Origin: Thermoplasmatota archaeon
GTDB taxonomy: Archaea; Thermoplasmatota; Thermoplasmata; Thermoplasmatales; Thermoplasmataceae
DNA: 64,000 nt
Direction of reading: 5' to 3'
Assembly: GCA_023381355.1 (NCBI GenBank)
Contig: JAMCUL010000016.1
Span: 40,244-104,243, forward strand
Notes under the pieces: model-generated
Database searches by the model: none
What the model saw: the letters and a program-made list of their open reading frames with translations, nothing else
What the model was told of the DNA's origin: nothing
In this document: piece after piece, positions 1 to 10,198 of the stretch
Layout of the letters: every line of letters begins with the position of its first letter
Numbering within the stretch: the first letter of the stretch is position 1
Made by a program: the position numbers and the translations under genes

Positions 1-1338
1 ACATTCCTGTTTCTGATGATCATCATGATGATGCCCATCTTGGAGATCTTCTCTGAAAAAATTCACGAAATACTCTCAGGCTATTTCATCTCAGTTTTTT
101 TGATTGCAGATACTCTTACAATATTTCTTGATTTTTCAAACCTTTCCATAATGATACTTCAGATCCTCGCCTTTATCCTCGGATTCAGGTATATTATGGA
201 GACAAATAAGCGGAAGTTTTACAGAATAGCCTATGTAACATATGGAGTCATAATGCTGTTTATTGCATCTCTCCTGAGGTATGATCCCATTCAGAAAATT
301 AATGATGTCCTTGTTGCGAACATTTCTGATGATGTCAGGCTTTCAGGGATCCCGATCTTTTTCAGGGATGGTATTGTAATTTTTTCTCAAAGATTCTTCG
401 TTTTGAGTATAAGTTTCCAGTTTCTTATAATCATACTTCTTCTCGGATTCCTTCTTATGGAGAACTCCAGGAAGATAATAGAAATTGCAGGCAGGAGTAG
501 AGGCAAAACTGGGGAAGCCTTTGGATTGGCATCCATGTCCTTTTCTGTGCTTTCCTGCCAGTGTGAAACAACAACATCCATAATACCTGCAATCGGAGCT
601 GAAATTCTCGGGGTCATTTCGGTACCGGTTATTCTTGAAAGCCTTATTCTCTCCTTGCTGACTTTCATTTATATAGAGATACTTGAGAAGCGTGGAAATA
701 CAGGATTATTTGAATATCTATGGAATTCGAATCATATAACAAGGATAAAATTGACCGCATCAGTGTTGGGCATCTTATTTATACCAGTCTTCATAACGTT
801 AGGCACTTCCTTCAATCTGGAATCTAATCTCTTTTTCTACTTTGGCACAAGTATTGGCGTTTTTGTTGTCTCCACCTATATTTTTTTAAATGTTATGCAG
901 TTTTTAACAGTTGGATTGAAACCTGGAAAGATCGTGATGTCCTTGCTCATAATCGCCATGCTGTTTTTGATGGTCATCTGGTACTGGCCTGCTGTACTTG
1001 TAATGACTGTGGGAAGTGGAATCCTGTTCTCAATAATGGGAGTTACTTCAATTTTGACTGGTTTTATCTTTTCCGTAATTCTGACCGGACTTGACAGGAT
1101 AGATAGAGTTATTGCTTTTGAGTATGCTGCAGGCATGTTTCCTGTCATTTTCGTTTTAGCCCTTTACTACTCTGTTGTCACGGAGAGCGTTATCTGGCCC
1201 ATATACAGCCTGGCCAGCCAGGAGATTTTTTCCCTGGTTCTCCTCGGGATTTCCCTTCCATTTATGTGGCTGGCAACTAACTATTCAATATACGCAAATT
1301 TTCCGCGGAATGACCAAAGTGTAAATATTCCAAGATAA
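1..1338 (+). CDS. Polytopic membrane protein, unknown function; probably begins before the window
   Basis: Many hydrophobic segments; SCQCE motif; frame is open from base 1 (ACA TTC CTG TTT CTG ATG). Confidence 0.75.
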   Translation, partial: TFLFLMIIMMMPILEIFSEKIHEILSGYFISVFLIADTLTIFLDFSNLSIMILQILAFILGFRYIMETNKRKFYRIAYVTYGVIMLFIASLLRYDPIQKINDVLVANISDDVRLSGIPIFFRDGIVIFSQRFFVLSISFQFLIIILLLGFLLMENSRKIIEIAGRSRGKTGEAFGLASMSFSVLSCQCETTTSIIPAIGAEILGVISVPVILESLILSLLTFIYIEILEKRGNTGLFEYLWNSNHITRIKLTASVLGILFIPVFITLGTSFNLESNLFFYFGTSIGVFVVSTYIFLNVMQFLTVGLKPGKIVMSLLIIAMLFLMVIWYWPAVLVMTVGSGILFSIMGVTSILTGFIFSVILTGLDRIDRVIAFEYAAGMFPVIFVLALYYSVVTESVIWPIYSLASQEIFSLVLLGISLPFMWLATNYSIYANFPRNDQSVNIPR

Positions 1339-1347
1339 TACATATGC

Positions 1348-2187
1348 ATGAGAATCGGCTTTTCAAGCAGTAGGGGGATGATCTGTCCTGTGCTTATTGC
1401 AGGAGAGAAAGTAAAATTTCTCGAAAGAAACATACAGATAAATGATTTCTATGCAAACATTGAAAGATTTTTAGATGAACTCGAAAATAACGGAACGATG
1501 GTTGAAAACACGGGAAACACCGTGATTCCAGTTAATCCATCCAAGATACTGTGCCCTGCCCTGAACTTCACTGATCACTCAGGGGAAACTGGACAGAAAT
1601 CACCGGAATTTCCATACTTCTTTCCAAAATTTCCAAGTTCTGTTACATCGTACGATTCAGATATAATAAGGCCAGGACCTGTCAGGAAACTGGATTATGA
1701 AGGGGAAATTGCAGCCATCATTTCCAGGAAAACCAGGGATGCAGGAATCCAGGCCTCTTCCCAATCTATTGCTGGCTATGCCGTCGTGAATGATGTGAGT
1801 GCAAGAGATATCCAGAACCAGTTTTCAGAAGGCCTGGGCAAGAACTGGATAATGGGAAAGGCTGCCGACACATTCCTACCTGTTTCATCCCAGGTATATA
1901 TCGGGAAGGAAGATGACCTTGATATAAGGACCTCCGTCAATGGGGCCGAAAGGCAAAATGGAAATACAGGTCAGATGATATTCTCATTTCCTGAAATGAT
2001 CAGTTATATCAGTAAATTCATAACTCTTTTTCCGGGGGACATGATCCTCAGTGGTACTCCTCCTGGAGTGGCAATGTCTGGAAAATACCCGTTCCTTGAG
2101 GATGGAGATGTTGTAAGGGTAGAATCTAAAAAAATCGGGTATATATCAAACATGGTGAGAGATAATGATAAGAGAAATCCCGGCTGA
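1348..2187 (+). CDS. Fumarylacetoacetate hydrolase family protein
   Basis: KILCPALNF, LDYEGEIA, NDVSARD, GDMILSGTPPGV motifs. Confidence 0.92.
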   Translation: MRIGFSSSRGMICPVLIAGEKVKFLERNIQINDFYANIERFLDELENNGTMVENTGNTVIPVNPSKILCPALNFTDHSGETGQKSPEFPYFFPKFPSSVTSYDSDIIRPGPVRKLDYEGEIAAIISRKTRDAGIQASSQSIAGYAVVNDVSARDIQNQFSEGLGKNWIMGKAADTFLPVSSQVYIGKEDDLDIRTSVNGAERQNGNTGQMIFSFPEMISYISKFITLFPGDMILSGTPPGVAMSGKYPFLEDGDVVRVESKKIGYISNMVRDNDKRNPG

Positions 2188-3037
2188 AGAAATCAATAAA
2201 TATGAACTCCCATTTGTTCCATACCTGTTTCCGGAAAATAATGGGAGAGTCAAATTAAGGATTGACGATGTAAGGCATATTACGCTGGTACAGGATCTTG
2301 AGCTAGGAGGCATGAAGATATCCGTAAAGGAATTCTTTCTTGACTGGTTTTATTCTGGATTTCCGAAGAATCTCATGAAAACCTCATCTGAACCGTATTC
2401 AAACCTGTGGAGAACCATGGTGATGATAAACGGAAGGAATATTCCCGCGTTCTTTGGAAAGGATTACAAAGGAAGATTTGCGGCCTCATTCAATAAAGGG
2501 GGACTGAATATTGAAATCAGGTCAGATAGTGATTTTTCTGAAATTGCAAGAGATCTCATTGAAAGAATCAATCCAAGACCCGTTAATAAGAAGTTCCTTG
2601 AACTATCATATTACATAAATAACCAGGGATGGAGATGGTTCGAAGAGGAAAGAATTGGCAGGATGAAGTGGAATCCCCTATTGAATGAACGACTCGGTGA
2701 TTATTATGGAGATTCCCATGGCAATTTTCAGGATATGCATGCAATCAGAATTTACCGGAACACAGATGGTGATTATTTATGGGTAGATCAGGCCATGAAA
2801 GGAACGGGAATAAAGAATCTCTATTACAGGTTTGACGTGAATGGAACCCTCTTCTCGGATGTTTCCGAGATGAATAACTGGAAAGTTTTTCTGCTATCAG
2901 AATACGGGCCCGCCATACTCAGATCGGAAACTGGGAAACTTGTTAATACAGTAACGCTGCCATATATTGAAATGGGAGATGTGTGGAAATATATAGACCT
3001 GATCGAAAAATTAAACTTAATTGATGGATTTCCGTAG
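2165..3037 (+). CDS. Hypothetical protein
   Basis: 290-aa ORF overlapping the upstream gene; no recognised motif. Confidence 0.7.
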   Translation: MIREIPAEEINKYELPFVPYLFPENNGRVKLRIDDVRHITLVQDLELGGMKISVKEFFLDWFYSGFPKNLMKTSSEPYSNLWRTMVMINGRNIPAFFGKDYKGRFAASFNKGGLNIEIRSDSDFSEIARDLIERINPRPVNKKFLELSYYINNQGWRWFEEERIGRMKWNPLLNERLGDYYGDSHGNFQDMHAIRIYRNTDGDYLWVDQAMKGTGIKNLYYRFDVNGTLFSDVSEMNNWKVFLLSEYGPAILRSETGKLVNTVTLPYIEMGDVWKYIDLIEKLNLIDGFP

Positions 3038-3040
3038 AAA

Positions 3041-4912
3041 TTGCCTTTCAGATATTCCGTAGGATCCTCAAAAAATGAAAAATGGCCTGAGGGCCAGGAT
3101 GGTCTTGATAGCCAGAGCAGGTTGATGTTCCACTCGCTGATTATGGGCCGAACAGGCACTGGAAAATCAAACCTGCTAAAACACCTTATTATGAAAATAT
3201 CCGGGATGGAAAACTCAAATCTGATTGTGATAGATTTTCACGGAAATATGGCTTCCCATGTAATAGATCTGTGCAGAAACAGAAATCTTGTGTACCTTTC
3301 TCCAGCAGGCTCGGAGAAGTATAAGGTCAGGATGAACGTTTTATCAGGATCGGCAGATTCACCAATCTCCATGTACCTTCTGTCACAGATTTTCTCTCAG
3401 GAGGGGTCACTTTCAGGTGGTACCTGGGGCCCAAGGCTCCAGACAATTTTTACCGCAGTCCTGAGGGAGGTGGTGAGGCAGAACGAAAATCCAACGTTAT
3501 CGGAATTTCTTGCCATTCTCATGGACAGGGAAAAAATGCAGAAATTGAAAACAGATTCCAGAGAGGAGACCGCAGCAATTCTTTCAAACCTCATAAGGAG
3601 ATGGGATTCGTGGATAGAATATTCGATGAGTACTGTGAATAAGTTATTCCCGATTGTGTCCGATCCGGATGTTTCGGGATTCATATCTTCAAAAAATGAA
3701 ACCGTAAACCTTCATGAAGAACTCAGGGCGGGATCCAGGCTGGTTGTGATAGATGCCTCAAAAACCCACTTCTCAATACAGCAGGGCAGGATCATTTCTT
3801 CAATGATCCTGAACAAGCTGTGGAACGATATACTGAAGAATGGAAATGAAATGAATACAATGATCGTAGTCGATGAGGCCCAGAATTTGAATTCTTCACT
3901 GGTATCAGAAATTCTTAGTGAAGGAAGGAAATTTAATCTCTACATTACACTCGCATCCCAGTATCTAGGACAGTACGACAGGGGACTCAGGGATGCAATG
4001 ATATCAAACTGCGGAAATATCTACTGCTTCAACATGTCAGAAGATGATGCGGATGATATCTGTTCCCTGATCTCTGACAGCAGAATGAAAAGTAGAGCCA
4101 TGAAATCAATAATGCTTGGTGAAATTCATAATGTTACAACAATGGATCTTATGAACACAGGAGGCATATCCATAAACACCTTCAAACCTGAGCTGATAAG
4201 GCGGATGCCCGACAGGCAATATGTGGAAGCGGCAATCGAAGAAAGCGTTAAAAAACATGGCAATTCTGAAGGAATACCTGAACTGGAAATAAAACAGGAG
4301 GAAAAAGGGACGCATGACCTCCTGAAGAATAATTTTTCAGACTATCTCAGAAAGAAGTCCATAACTGTTCTAGATGAGGAATACGCAAATGGACTCAGAC
4401 CTGACATCCTGTATTTCATAAAGGGAAACCCGGTCATTGTCGAGATAGAAGTATCAGACCTGCTCAGAGTTGAACGAACAGTCAGGAAAGCATGCAATTA
4501 CTCAAGAACTGACCTCATTTTTCTATGCCCACGGGATAGTGGCCTTCTGCTTTACAGGATCTTCAAGGACCGTGAAAAAATTAAGAAAATGCTTGAAAAA
4601 CTAGAAAGCCATGGGGAATTTACGTTCTTCAACCCGGAACGGATTACAATAATTGAGGAAAGGGGAGGAAGATATTTCTTTGTTCATGGTGGAAGCCTCA
4701 GGAGATGGTCTGTGGAAAAATCATGGGAAGGAACATCAAGGACTTTTAAAGTTTCATATGCACCCGACGAAAGGATGGCCCTTGCAATCCTGAGGAAAAT
4801 GGAGAGGGAACGTAAGCACCATACATTCATCAGGGCATCGGAGATTGCAGGTAGGATAGAGGGAAATTCTGAATTATCCTTTGAGATTTGCCTTAGTGAT
4901 CTGTATGAATAA
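3041..4912 (+). CDS. HerA/TraD/VirB4-like (FtsK-HerA superfamily) ATPase with C-terminal PD-(D/E)xK-like domain
   Basis: Walker A GRTGTGKS, VIDFHG, Walker B IVVDEAQN, EGRKF..LASQ; C-terminal RPDI...VEIE. Confidence 0.8.
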   Translation: MPFRYSVGSSKNEKWPEGQDGLDSQSRLMFHSLIMGRTGTGKSNLLKHLIMKISGMENSNLIVIDFHGNMASHVIDLCRNRNLVYLSPAGSEKYKVRMNVLSGSADSPISMYLLSQIFSQEGSLSGGTWGPRLQTIFTAVLREVVRQNENPTLSEFLAILMDREKMQKLKTDSREETAAILSNLIRRWDSWIEYSMSTVNKLFPIVSDPDVSGFISSKNETVNLHEELRAGSRLVVIDASKTHFSIQQGRIISSMILNKLWNDILKNGNEMNTMIVVDEAQNLNSSLVSEILSEGRKFNLYITLASQYLGQYDRGLRDAMISNCGNIYCFNMSEDDADDICSLISDSRMKSRAMKSIMLGEIHNVTTMDLMNTGGISINTFKPELIRRMPDRQYVEAAIEESVKKHGNSEGIPELEIKQEEKGTHDLLKNNFSDYLRKKSITVLDEEYANGLRPDILYFIKGNPVIVEIEVSDLLRVERTVRKACNYSRTDLIFLCPRDSGLLLYRIFKDREKIKKMLEKLESHGEFTFFNPERITIIEERGGRYFFVHGGSLRRWSVEKSWEGTSRTFKVSYAPDERMALAILRKMERERKHHTFIRASEIAGRIEGNSELSFEICLSDLYE

Positions 4913-5028
4913 TTTTAACAAGTGAGATATTCTTTCACACTGCCAGAGTAAAAGATGTTCATCATGTTTTTGTGCATACTATATTAAGGAGGGAACTTAT
5001 TTATAATGCTTTTAACATGATTATAATT

Positions 5029-5724
5029 ATGATGTCAGAAGGATTAAATGAGAGTAACTTCTATGAGAAGACATACAGCTATGTGAAGAAGCACAATGCA
5101 ACAAATAACCCATTTCTGGACAGGTTCGCAAAGGGGGATATTTCCGAGGAGGAATTTAAGAGGTTCTCAGTGGAATTCTACCATTTCACACGTGAGTGGC
5201 CGGCCATATTGGGAACATTACTGGTCAATACCCCTTATGAGGAAGACGCTGCAAACCTGACCACAATACTTGTGTCAGAGCTTGGAGACATGGACCCTGC
5301 AAAGAGGCACGAACTCCTGTACAGGAAATACCTGAGGTCAATCGGGATGGATCCTGTTTCCCTGGTAAAAAATCCACAGCTCCCGACCACAAAGGCGTGG
5401 CTGGACGGCATGAGGCAGTACTTTGCAGGCGACTACTTTGAGGCACTTGGTGCCGAATTCGGGCTTGAGAACATGGCGATTCCAATGTGGGATAAAATTC
5501 TGGCTGGTTTCAATAATTTCCTGCCGAAGCATAAGGACCTCTCAAATGCAGACATAGAGTATTTCACCTTTCACAGGGAACTTGAATCCCACCATGAGGA
5601 AGCGATGGAAGATGTCCTGGGAACACACAAGTCAGATCCAGAGGCAAGGGAGAAATTCCTGAAGGGCGCGAAGGGAATACTTGATCTTGAGGAAAAATTC
5701 TGGATGGGTCTTTCAACCAGATAA
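5029..5724 (+). CDS. Heme-oxygenase-like (TenA/PqqC/CADD fold) dimetal oxidase
   Basis: SELG..RHELL, GLEN and FHRELESHH ligand pattern; start placed at ATG-ATG-TCA rather than 4972. Confidence 0.8.
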   Translation: MMSEGLNESNFYEKTYSYVKKHNATNNPFLDRFAKGDISEEEFKRFSVEFYHFTREWPAILGTLLVNTPYEEDAANLTTILVSELGDMDPAKRHELLYRKYLRSIGMDPVSLVKNPQLPTTKAWLDGMRQYFAGDYFEALGAEFGLENMAIPMWDKILAGFNNFLPKHKDLSNADIEYFTFHRELESHHEEAMEDVLGTHKSDPEAREKFLKGAKGILDLEEKFWMGLSTR

Positions 5725-5763
5725 ACGCAATTTTTTTAACTTCCTTTTAGATGATCTCCAGGA

Positions 5764-6318
5764 ATGGAAATAATTTTTTTGAGGCATGGAGAAACCGTGT
5801 GGAACAGGAGCGGAAAGTGGCAGGGACATACAGATGTTCCACTCAGTGATGCTGGAAGGAATCAAGCGAAGGTCGCATCGGAAAAGTTGAAGGGAGAAAA
5901 GATCGATGCAATCTTCTCAAGTGATTTGACACGAGCATATGAAACAGCCCGGATAGTTGCTGAAAACCTGGATACTGATGGCATAATAATTGACATGAAT
6001 CTAAGGGAGAGGAATCTTGGGGAAATCGAGGGAAAAACAACGCTTCAAATCTCGCAGATCGTTGGCATGAATATTGAAATTGCGGATATTGTTGGAAAAG
6101 ATCTGCCGGTAAAGGGTCTGGAACCGATCGAGATGCAATTCAACAGAGCTAGAAAATTTCTAAACTTCATAAATAACAGATATGGGAAGATACTGGTTGT
6201 CTCACATGGTGTCATGATCGGAATAATGCTGAATATCATTACCGGTGAGGATTTCAGGTCCAGGAAGATTGAAAATTGCGAAATAATCAGGGCACAATAC
6301 AATGGATTTTCCCCGTAA
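5764..6318 (+). CDS. Histidine phosphatase (phosphoglycerate mutase family)
   Basis: LRHGET, SSDLTRA, VSHG motifs. Confidence 0.92.
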   Translation: MEIIFLRHGETVWNRSGKWQGHTDVPLSDAGRNQAKVASEKLKGEKIDAIFSSDLTRAYETARIVAENLDTDGIIIDMNLRERNLGEIEGKTTLQISQIVGMNIEIADIVGKDLPVKGLEPIEMQFNRARKFLNFINNRYGKILVVSHGVMIGIMLNIITGEDFRSRKIENCEIIRAQYNGFSP

Positions 6319-6379
6319 TTTTATAATCAGGGATAGCATTTTTAGAAATATATATATTGTATAGAAAAATCAGCTCTGG

Positions 6380-7045
6380 ATGTCTGACGAGTCAAAATCA
6401 ATGACGACTGCCTTTGGTCTTATAAGAAAAAGGCCAGAGATCATATTTCCGTTCATATTTGGGTTGATCATTGCTGCAGTAATTTATACAATCGCGTCAG
6501 AAGTGATATCTTACGTTGCAATCAGCGCCTTTTCGAACGGTAACTTTCCTGTGGATGAAATTTCAATCCTCGTTGTCCATGAGATAGAAAGTTTGTTACT
6601 ATATTTCTTTGTAGTCATGGCAATATTCTGGCAAACATTTTCCGCCATGGATCTAATTGATTCCGGGGATTTCTCCATAAGAAATTCACTGTCTGACTCA
6701 ATGGCTTCCTATGGTTCCATATTTGGCATCTCGCTTTTTATCTCAATTGTTGCAACACTCCTTTCTTATATTCCGGTTGTCGGCGGAATCCTTGACTCAC
6801 TATTCTCCATTGTGGCACTTTTTTCAATAATTATCTCCCTGATCAATAAGAAGGGTTTCATTCAGAATATCATTGAGATGCCAAATACACTTACAGACTA
6901 TTACAAGAAGGAGGCAACAACAGGATTGTTCTTATTTATTCTGATCCTTGTATTCATTGTTCCAAATGATGTACTGGATATAATTGATCTGTTCGTAGCC
7001 ATAATATATGGAAGTCTCGTAATTAAACTAATAGCCAATGACTGA
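6380..7045 (+). CDS. Hypothetical membrane protein
   Basis: About 5-6 hydrophobic segments. Confidence 0.75.
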   Translation: MSDESKSMTTAFGLIRKRPEIIFPFIFGLIIAAVIYTIASEVISYVAISAFSNGNFPVDEISILVVHEIESLLLYFFVVMAIFWQTFSAMDLIDSGDFSIRNSLSDSMASYGSIFGISLFISIVATLLSYIPVVGGILDSLFSIVALFSIIISLINKKGFIQNIIEMPNTLTDYYKKEATTGLFLFILILVFIVPNDVLDIIDLFVAIIYGSLVIKLIAND

Positions 7046-7263
7046 AAATGCATGTTATAGCAGGCAGAACCAGCCAGGTTCAATTAATTTTAGTTGTCCG
7101 GTAAATTCCATCAGGTCAGGATAATTCACCTCTTAATGGTAAATACGCAATTTGAAAAACTTTCATAGAACAGATTAAGTCTTCATGATTATGGATAAAT
7201 TCAATGATGCAGGGTCGTTTGTAGTTTTTGCATAATAAATAAAATGAGTTTTAAAATATTTAT

Positions 7264-8085
7264 TTAGTCCCTTATTTCCTTCTCCGACAGGAATATGGTC
7301 AGTATTATCATGAATAGGCTTAGAAGAAACAGGTACAGGAGATAAAGCATCACGGAATTGAACTGGGAGCCATTCATTACATTACCATATTCTATCACGG
7401 TCCTGATGGATACAGCTGACCAGGAAACTGGATTGTAATTTGCAACATTGGCCAGCCATGTTGCCATCAATCCAGATGGAAATAGGGCATAACTTGCAAA
7501 CAGAAGTGGAAGATTTATCAGGTTTATGATTCCAAAGATTGTTTCCTGCTTCCTCAGCCTTATAGCAATAATACTGAATAGTGAGGAGAATGAAAATGCG
7601 ACCATGATAAGTGCCGCAGCTATGATGATTACATCCAGAATATTGATTCCGTGAGCCAGCACAAGCCCGTTTGGAATTAGGAGGGCTGCTCCTATCAGGA
7701 TGATTGCCTGGACCAGTATTCTTATTGTTGTTGACAGGATTTTGGAGAATACAATTGAACTTCTCCTGATTGGTGAAACAAGGAACCTTCCTAGGTTGCC
7801 CAGTCTCCTGTCAAAAATAAGGCTGGTACCGGAAAACATTGCCGTGAAAAGGCTGGTTGTGGTCAATATTCCTCCCACAATGAATGTGATATAATTTGGA
7901 GCTGGAGCAAATGGGCTGACAATTCCTGTGCTGGCGGGTATCTCGCTAAAAAGCCGGGTTATGTCAAAGGCACTGCCGAAAAGAGCAATCCAGAATATTG
8001 GCTGTAGGAGTCCCACGATGAAAAACACTGGATTTCGATACCACTTTCTCAATTCCCTAACAGTTAATGGAATTAAACCGCTCAT
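7264..8085 (-). CDS. ABC-2 type exporter permease
   Basis: Six TM-like segments; NPVSW motif; follows the ABC ATPase. Confidence 0.9.
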   Translation of the reverse strand: MSGLIPLTVRELRKWYRNPVFFIVGLLQPIFWIALFGSAFDITRLFSEIPASTGIVSPFAPAPNYITFIVGGILTTTSLFTAMFSGTSLIFDRRLGNLGRFLVSPIRRSSIVFSKILSTTIRILVQAIILIGAALLIPNGLVLAHGINILDVIIIAAALIMVAFSFSSLFSIIAIRLRKQETIFGIINLINLPLLFASYALFPSGLMATWLANVANYNPVSWSAVSIRTVIEYGNVMNGSQFNSVMLYLLYLFLLSLFMIILTIFLSEKEIRD

Positions 8086-9083
8086 CTTCTTAACCTCCTC
8101 ATATTCAATTCACTCCTCCTGACATCCCCACTTTCCTCCTCCCTGATCTCCCTTCCTGTGTATTCAAGAAAAACCTGATCAAGGGATGGCCTGTGAACAC
8201 TCAGCTTCAATGGTTTTATTTCGTTTGCAACAAGATACTTCATTATATCTGGCAACTCTGTATCTGCATCCTTTACTTTCATCCTGGCCTCATTGGGATG
8301 CGGGTATGAGACATCTATCTTGTTCCCATATTCCCCAAACTTCCTGGCATCTTCTTCAGAAGAAAACTCAACCTGGATAATATCACCTTTCAGGTTGCTT
8401 TTAAGTTCATCAGATGTACCGGTAACGATTATCTTTCCATGATCTATAATTGAAATAAGGTCCGCAAGTGAGTCAACCTCCTCCAGATAATGGGAGGTTA
8501 GAATTATTGTAACACCCAGATCATCCCTGATTTTTCTGATATAGTCCCACATCTTTGTCCTTGTCTGCACGTCAAGTCCAAGTGTTGGCTCATCAAGGAA
8601 AAGTACCTGTGGACTATGTACCAGCCCCACGACAAGTTCAAGCCTCTTCCTCATTCCTCCGGAATAGGAACTTACATACTTGTTTCCAAATTCTGAGAGG
8701 TCTACAAGGCTCAGGAGCTCTTCCGCCTTGCTTCTGGCCTCCTTCCGCGGGATATCATAGAATCTGGCGACCATTTCAATATTTTCTATTCCCTTTAGGT
8801 CCTCGTCAGTGGTCAAGTCCTGAGGAACCACACCTATCACCCTTCTGACATTCATTGAATCCTTGACAATATCATATCCCAGTATTGTTGCAGTTCCGGA
8901 AGTAGGCTTTATTGATGTGGATAGCATCTTGATTGTTGTGCTCTTACCCGCTCCATTTGGACCAAGAAAACCATATATCTGTCCCTTCATTATCTTTAGA
9001 TTAATTCCCTGAACAGCCTTGATTCCACCGGGATATGTTTTAACAAGATCCTTCGTTTCCACGATTATTTCATTACTTTCCAT
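8082..9083 (-). CDS. ABC exporter ATP-binding protein (DrrA-like)
   Basis: GPNGAGKS, YSGGM, LFLDEPT, SLDQVFL; start at MESNEII. Confidence 0.93.
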   Translation of the reverse strand: MESNEIIVETKDLVKTYPGGIKAVQGINLKIMKGQIYGFLGPNGAGKSTTIKMLSTSIKPTSGTATILGYDIVKDSMNVRRVIGVVPQDLTTDEDLKGIENIEMVARFYDIPRKEARSKAEELLSLVDLSEFGNKYVSSYSGGMRKRLELVVGLVHSPQVLFLDEPTLGLDVQTRTKMWDYIRKIRDDLGVTIILTSHYLEEVDSLADLISIIDHGKIIVTGTSDELKSNLKGDIIQVEFSSEEDARKFGEYGNKIDVSYPHPNEARMKVKDADTELPDIMKYLVANEIKPLKLSVHRPSLDQVFLEYTGREIREEESGDVRRSELNMRRLRR

Positions 9084-9483
9084 TGTTATATTCCTCCAAC
9101 AGTTTCCTGCACTCATCTACAAGATTCCCCAATTGTGACTTAGTTACCAACCCGGATCTGAGCCCTTCGATCAAATACCGAAGATTACCAGCAGTTCCCT
9201 GTATTATGTCATCTTCCTCTTCCCTGTCGTTAAAATTTTCCAGGATGTCATTCATGCCGTCCCTTGTTTCCTTTCCCTTGCCCGTCATTTCATACCTGCC
9301 ATCCTCATTCTTTTCTACCAGATCATTTCTCTCGAGAGAGGCCAGAGCAGGATAAATGCTCCCTGGACTTGGTCTCCAGTGACCTCCACTCCTCTTCTCC
9401 ATTTCCCTGATTATTTCTGTGCCATTCATGGGCTGAGAGGATAGAAGTTTAAGAATCCAGAATTTAAGCATTCCTCCGCGCAT
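9073..9483 (-). CDS. PadR family transcriptional regulator
   Basis: WRPSPGSIYPAL...YEMTGKG signature. Confidence 0.9.
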   Translation of the reverse strand: MRGGMLKFWILKLLSSQPMNGTEIIREMEKRSGGHWRPSPGSIYPALASLERNDLVEKNEDGRYEMTGKGKETRDGMNDILENFNDREEEDDIIQGTAGNLRYLIEGLRSGLVTKSQLGNLVDECRKLLEEYNNGK

Positions 9484-9539
9484 TCTTGCGAAATCGGAAA
9501 GCGATAATAAACTTTTGGTTCATTAATTCAGGATTTAAT

Positions 9540-9925
9540 CTTGCTTTGAGTGGAATCTGCATGTTCTCAAAATGAAGATAATCATTTTTTCGGGTTCTCC
9601 CAGTTATAATTGGAATTTTCCGTCTTCGGATTTGCTGAAATCCTGGAAATCACTCCTTTCATCGTTACTCTCATTAGACAGACAAAGAAATCATGGAATC
9701 TTCAGTAAGCACAGCCTTTGATCATGCTGACCCTTTTACAGAATGAAAATCAATATGATGCATACCTCTGTCACTTCCTTTGAAAGGATCGTGTTTTCCC
9801 TTCTGCGATATATTTCCATAAATCCCTCTTGTTCGCCTTTATTTAATGCATTCTTGCAGTCTTGAGATCGAATGTTTTCAATGCCACATACTCTTCACTG
9901 TATTTATCAGTGAGGTTTGCTAGTT
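9540..9925 (-). mobile_element. Highly degenerate ISL3-family transposase C-terminal remnant
   Basis: Minus-strand translation NLTDKYSEEYVALKTFDLKTARMH*IKANKRDLWKY...FQRK*, then SMIK and MKGVISRI; resembles the ISL3 C-terminus, with stops and shifts. Confidence 0.5.
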
Positions 9926-10198
9926 AATGAAACCACATATAATTCGCTGAGTAAATAAATTACAGGATTCGTTAGTGATGTGCTCTGGTATGATTCAACG
10001 GTGAGTGATGGAGTCATGTCGAGGTATTTCCCTTTGAAGCATTGGAAATGCTTCTTATCAGATTGTCAAACACAAGATAGTTGACCCCTGGGCCGAGAAA
10101 TAAAATGACTATGGGTGGATTTTTGAGGACATAACGATTCAATAATCTTGATAATAAATAGAAGAAACAGTCATGATCTCCAGAAAGTCTCCCCTGAA

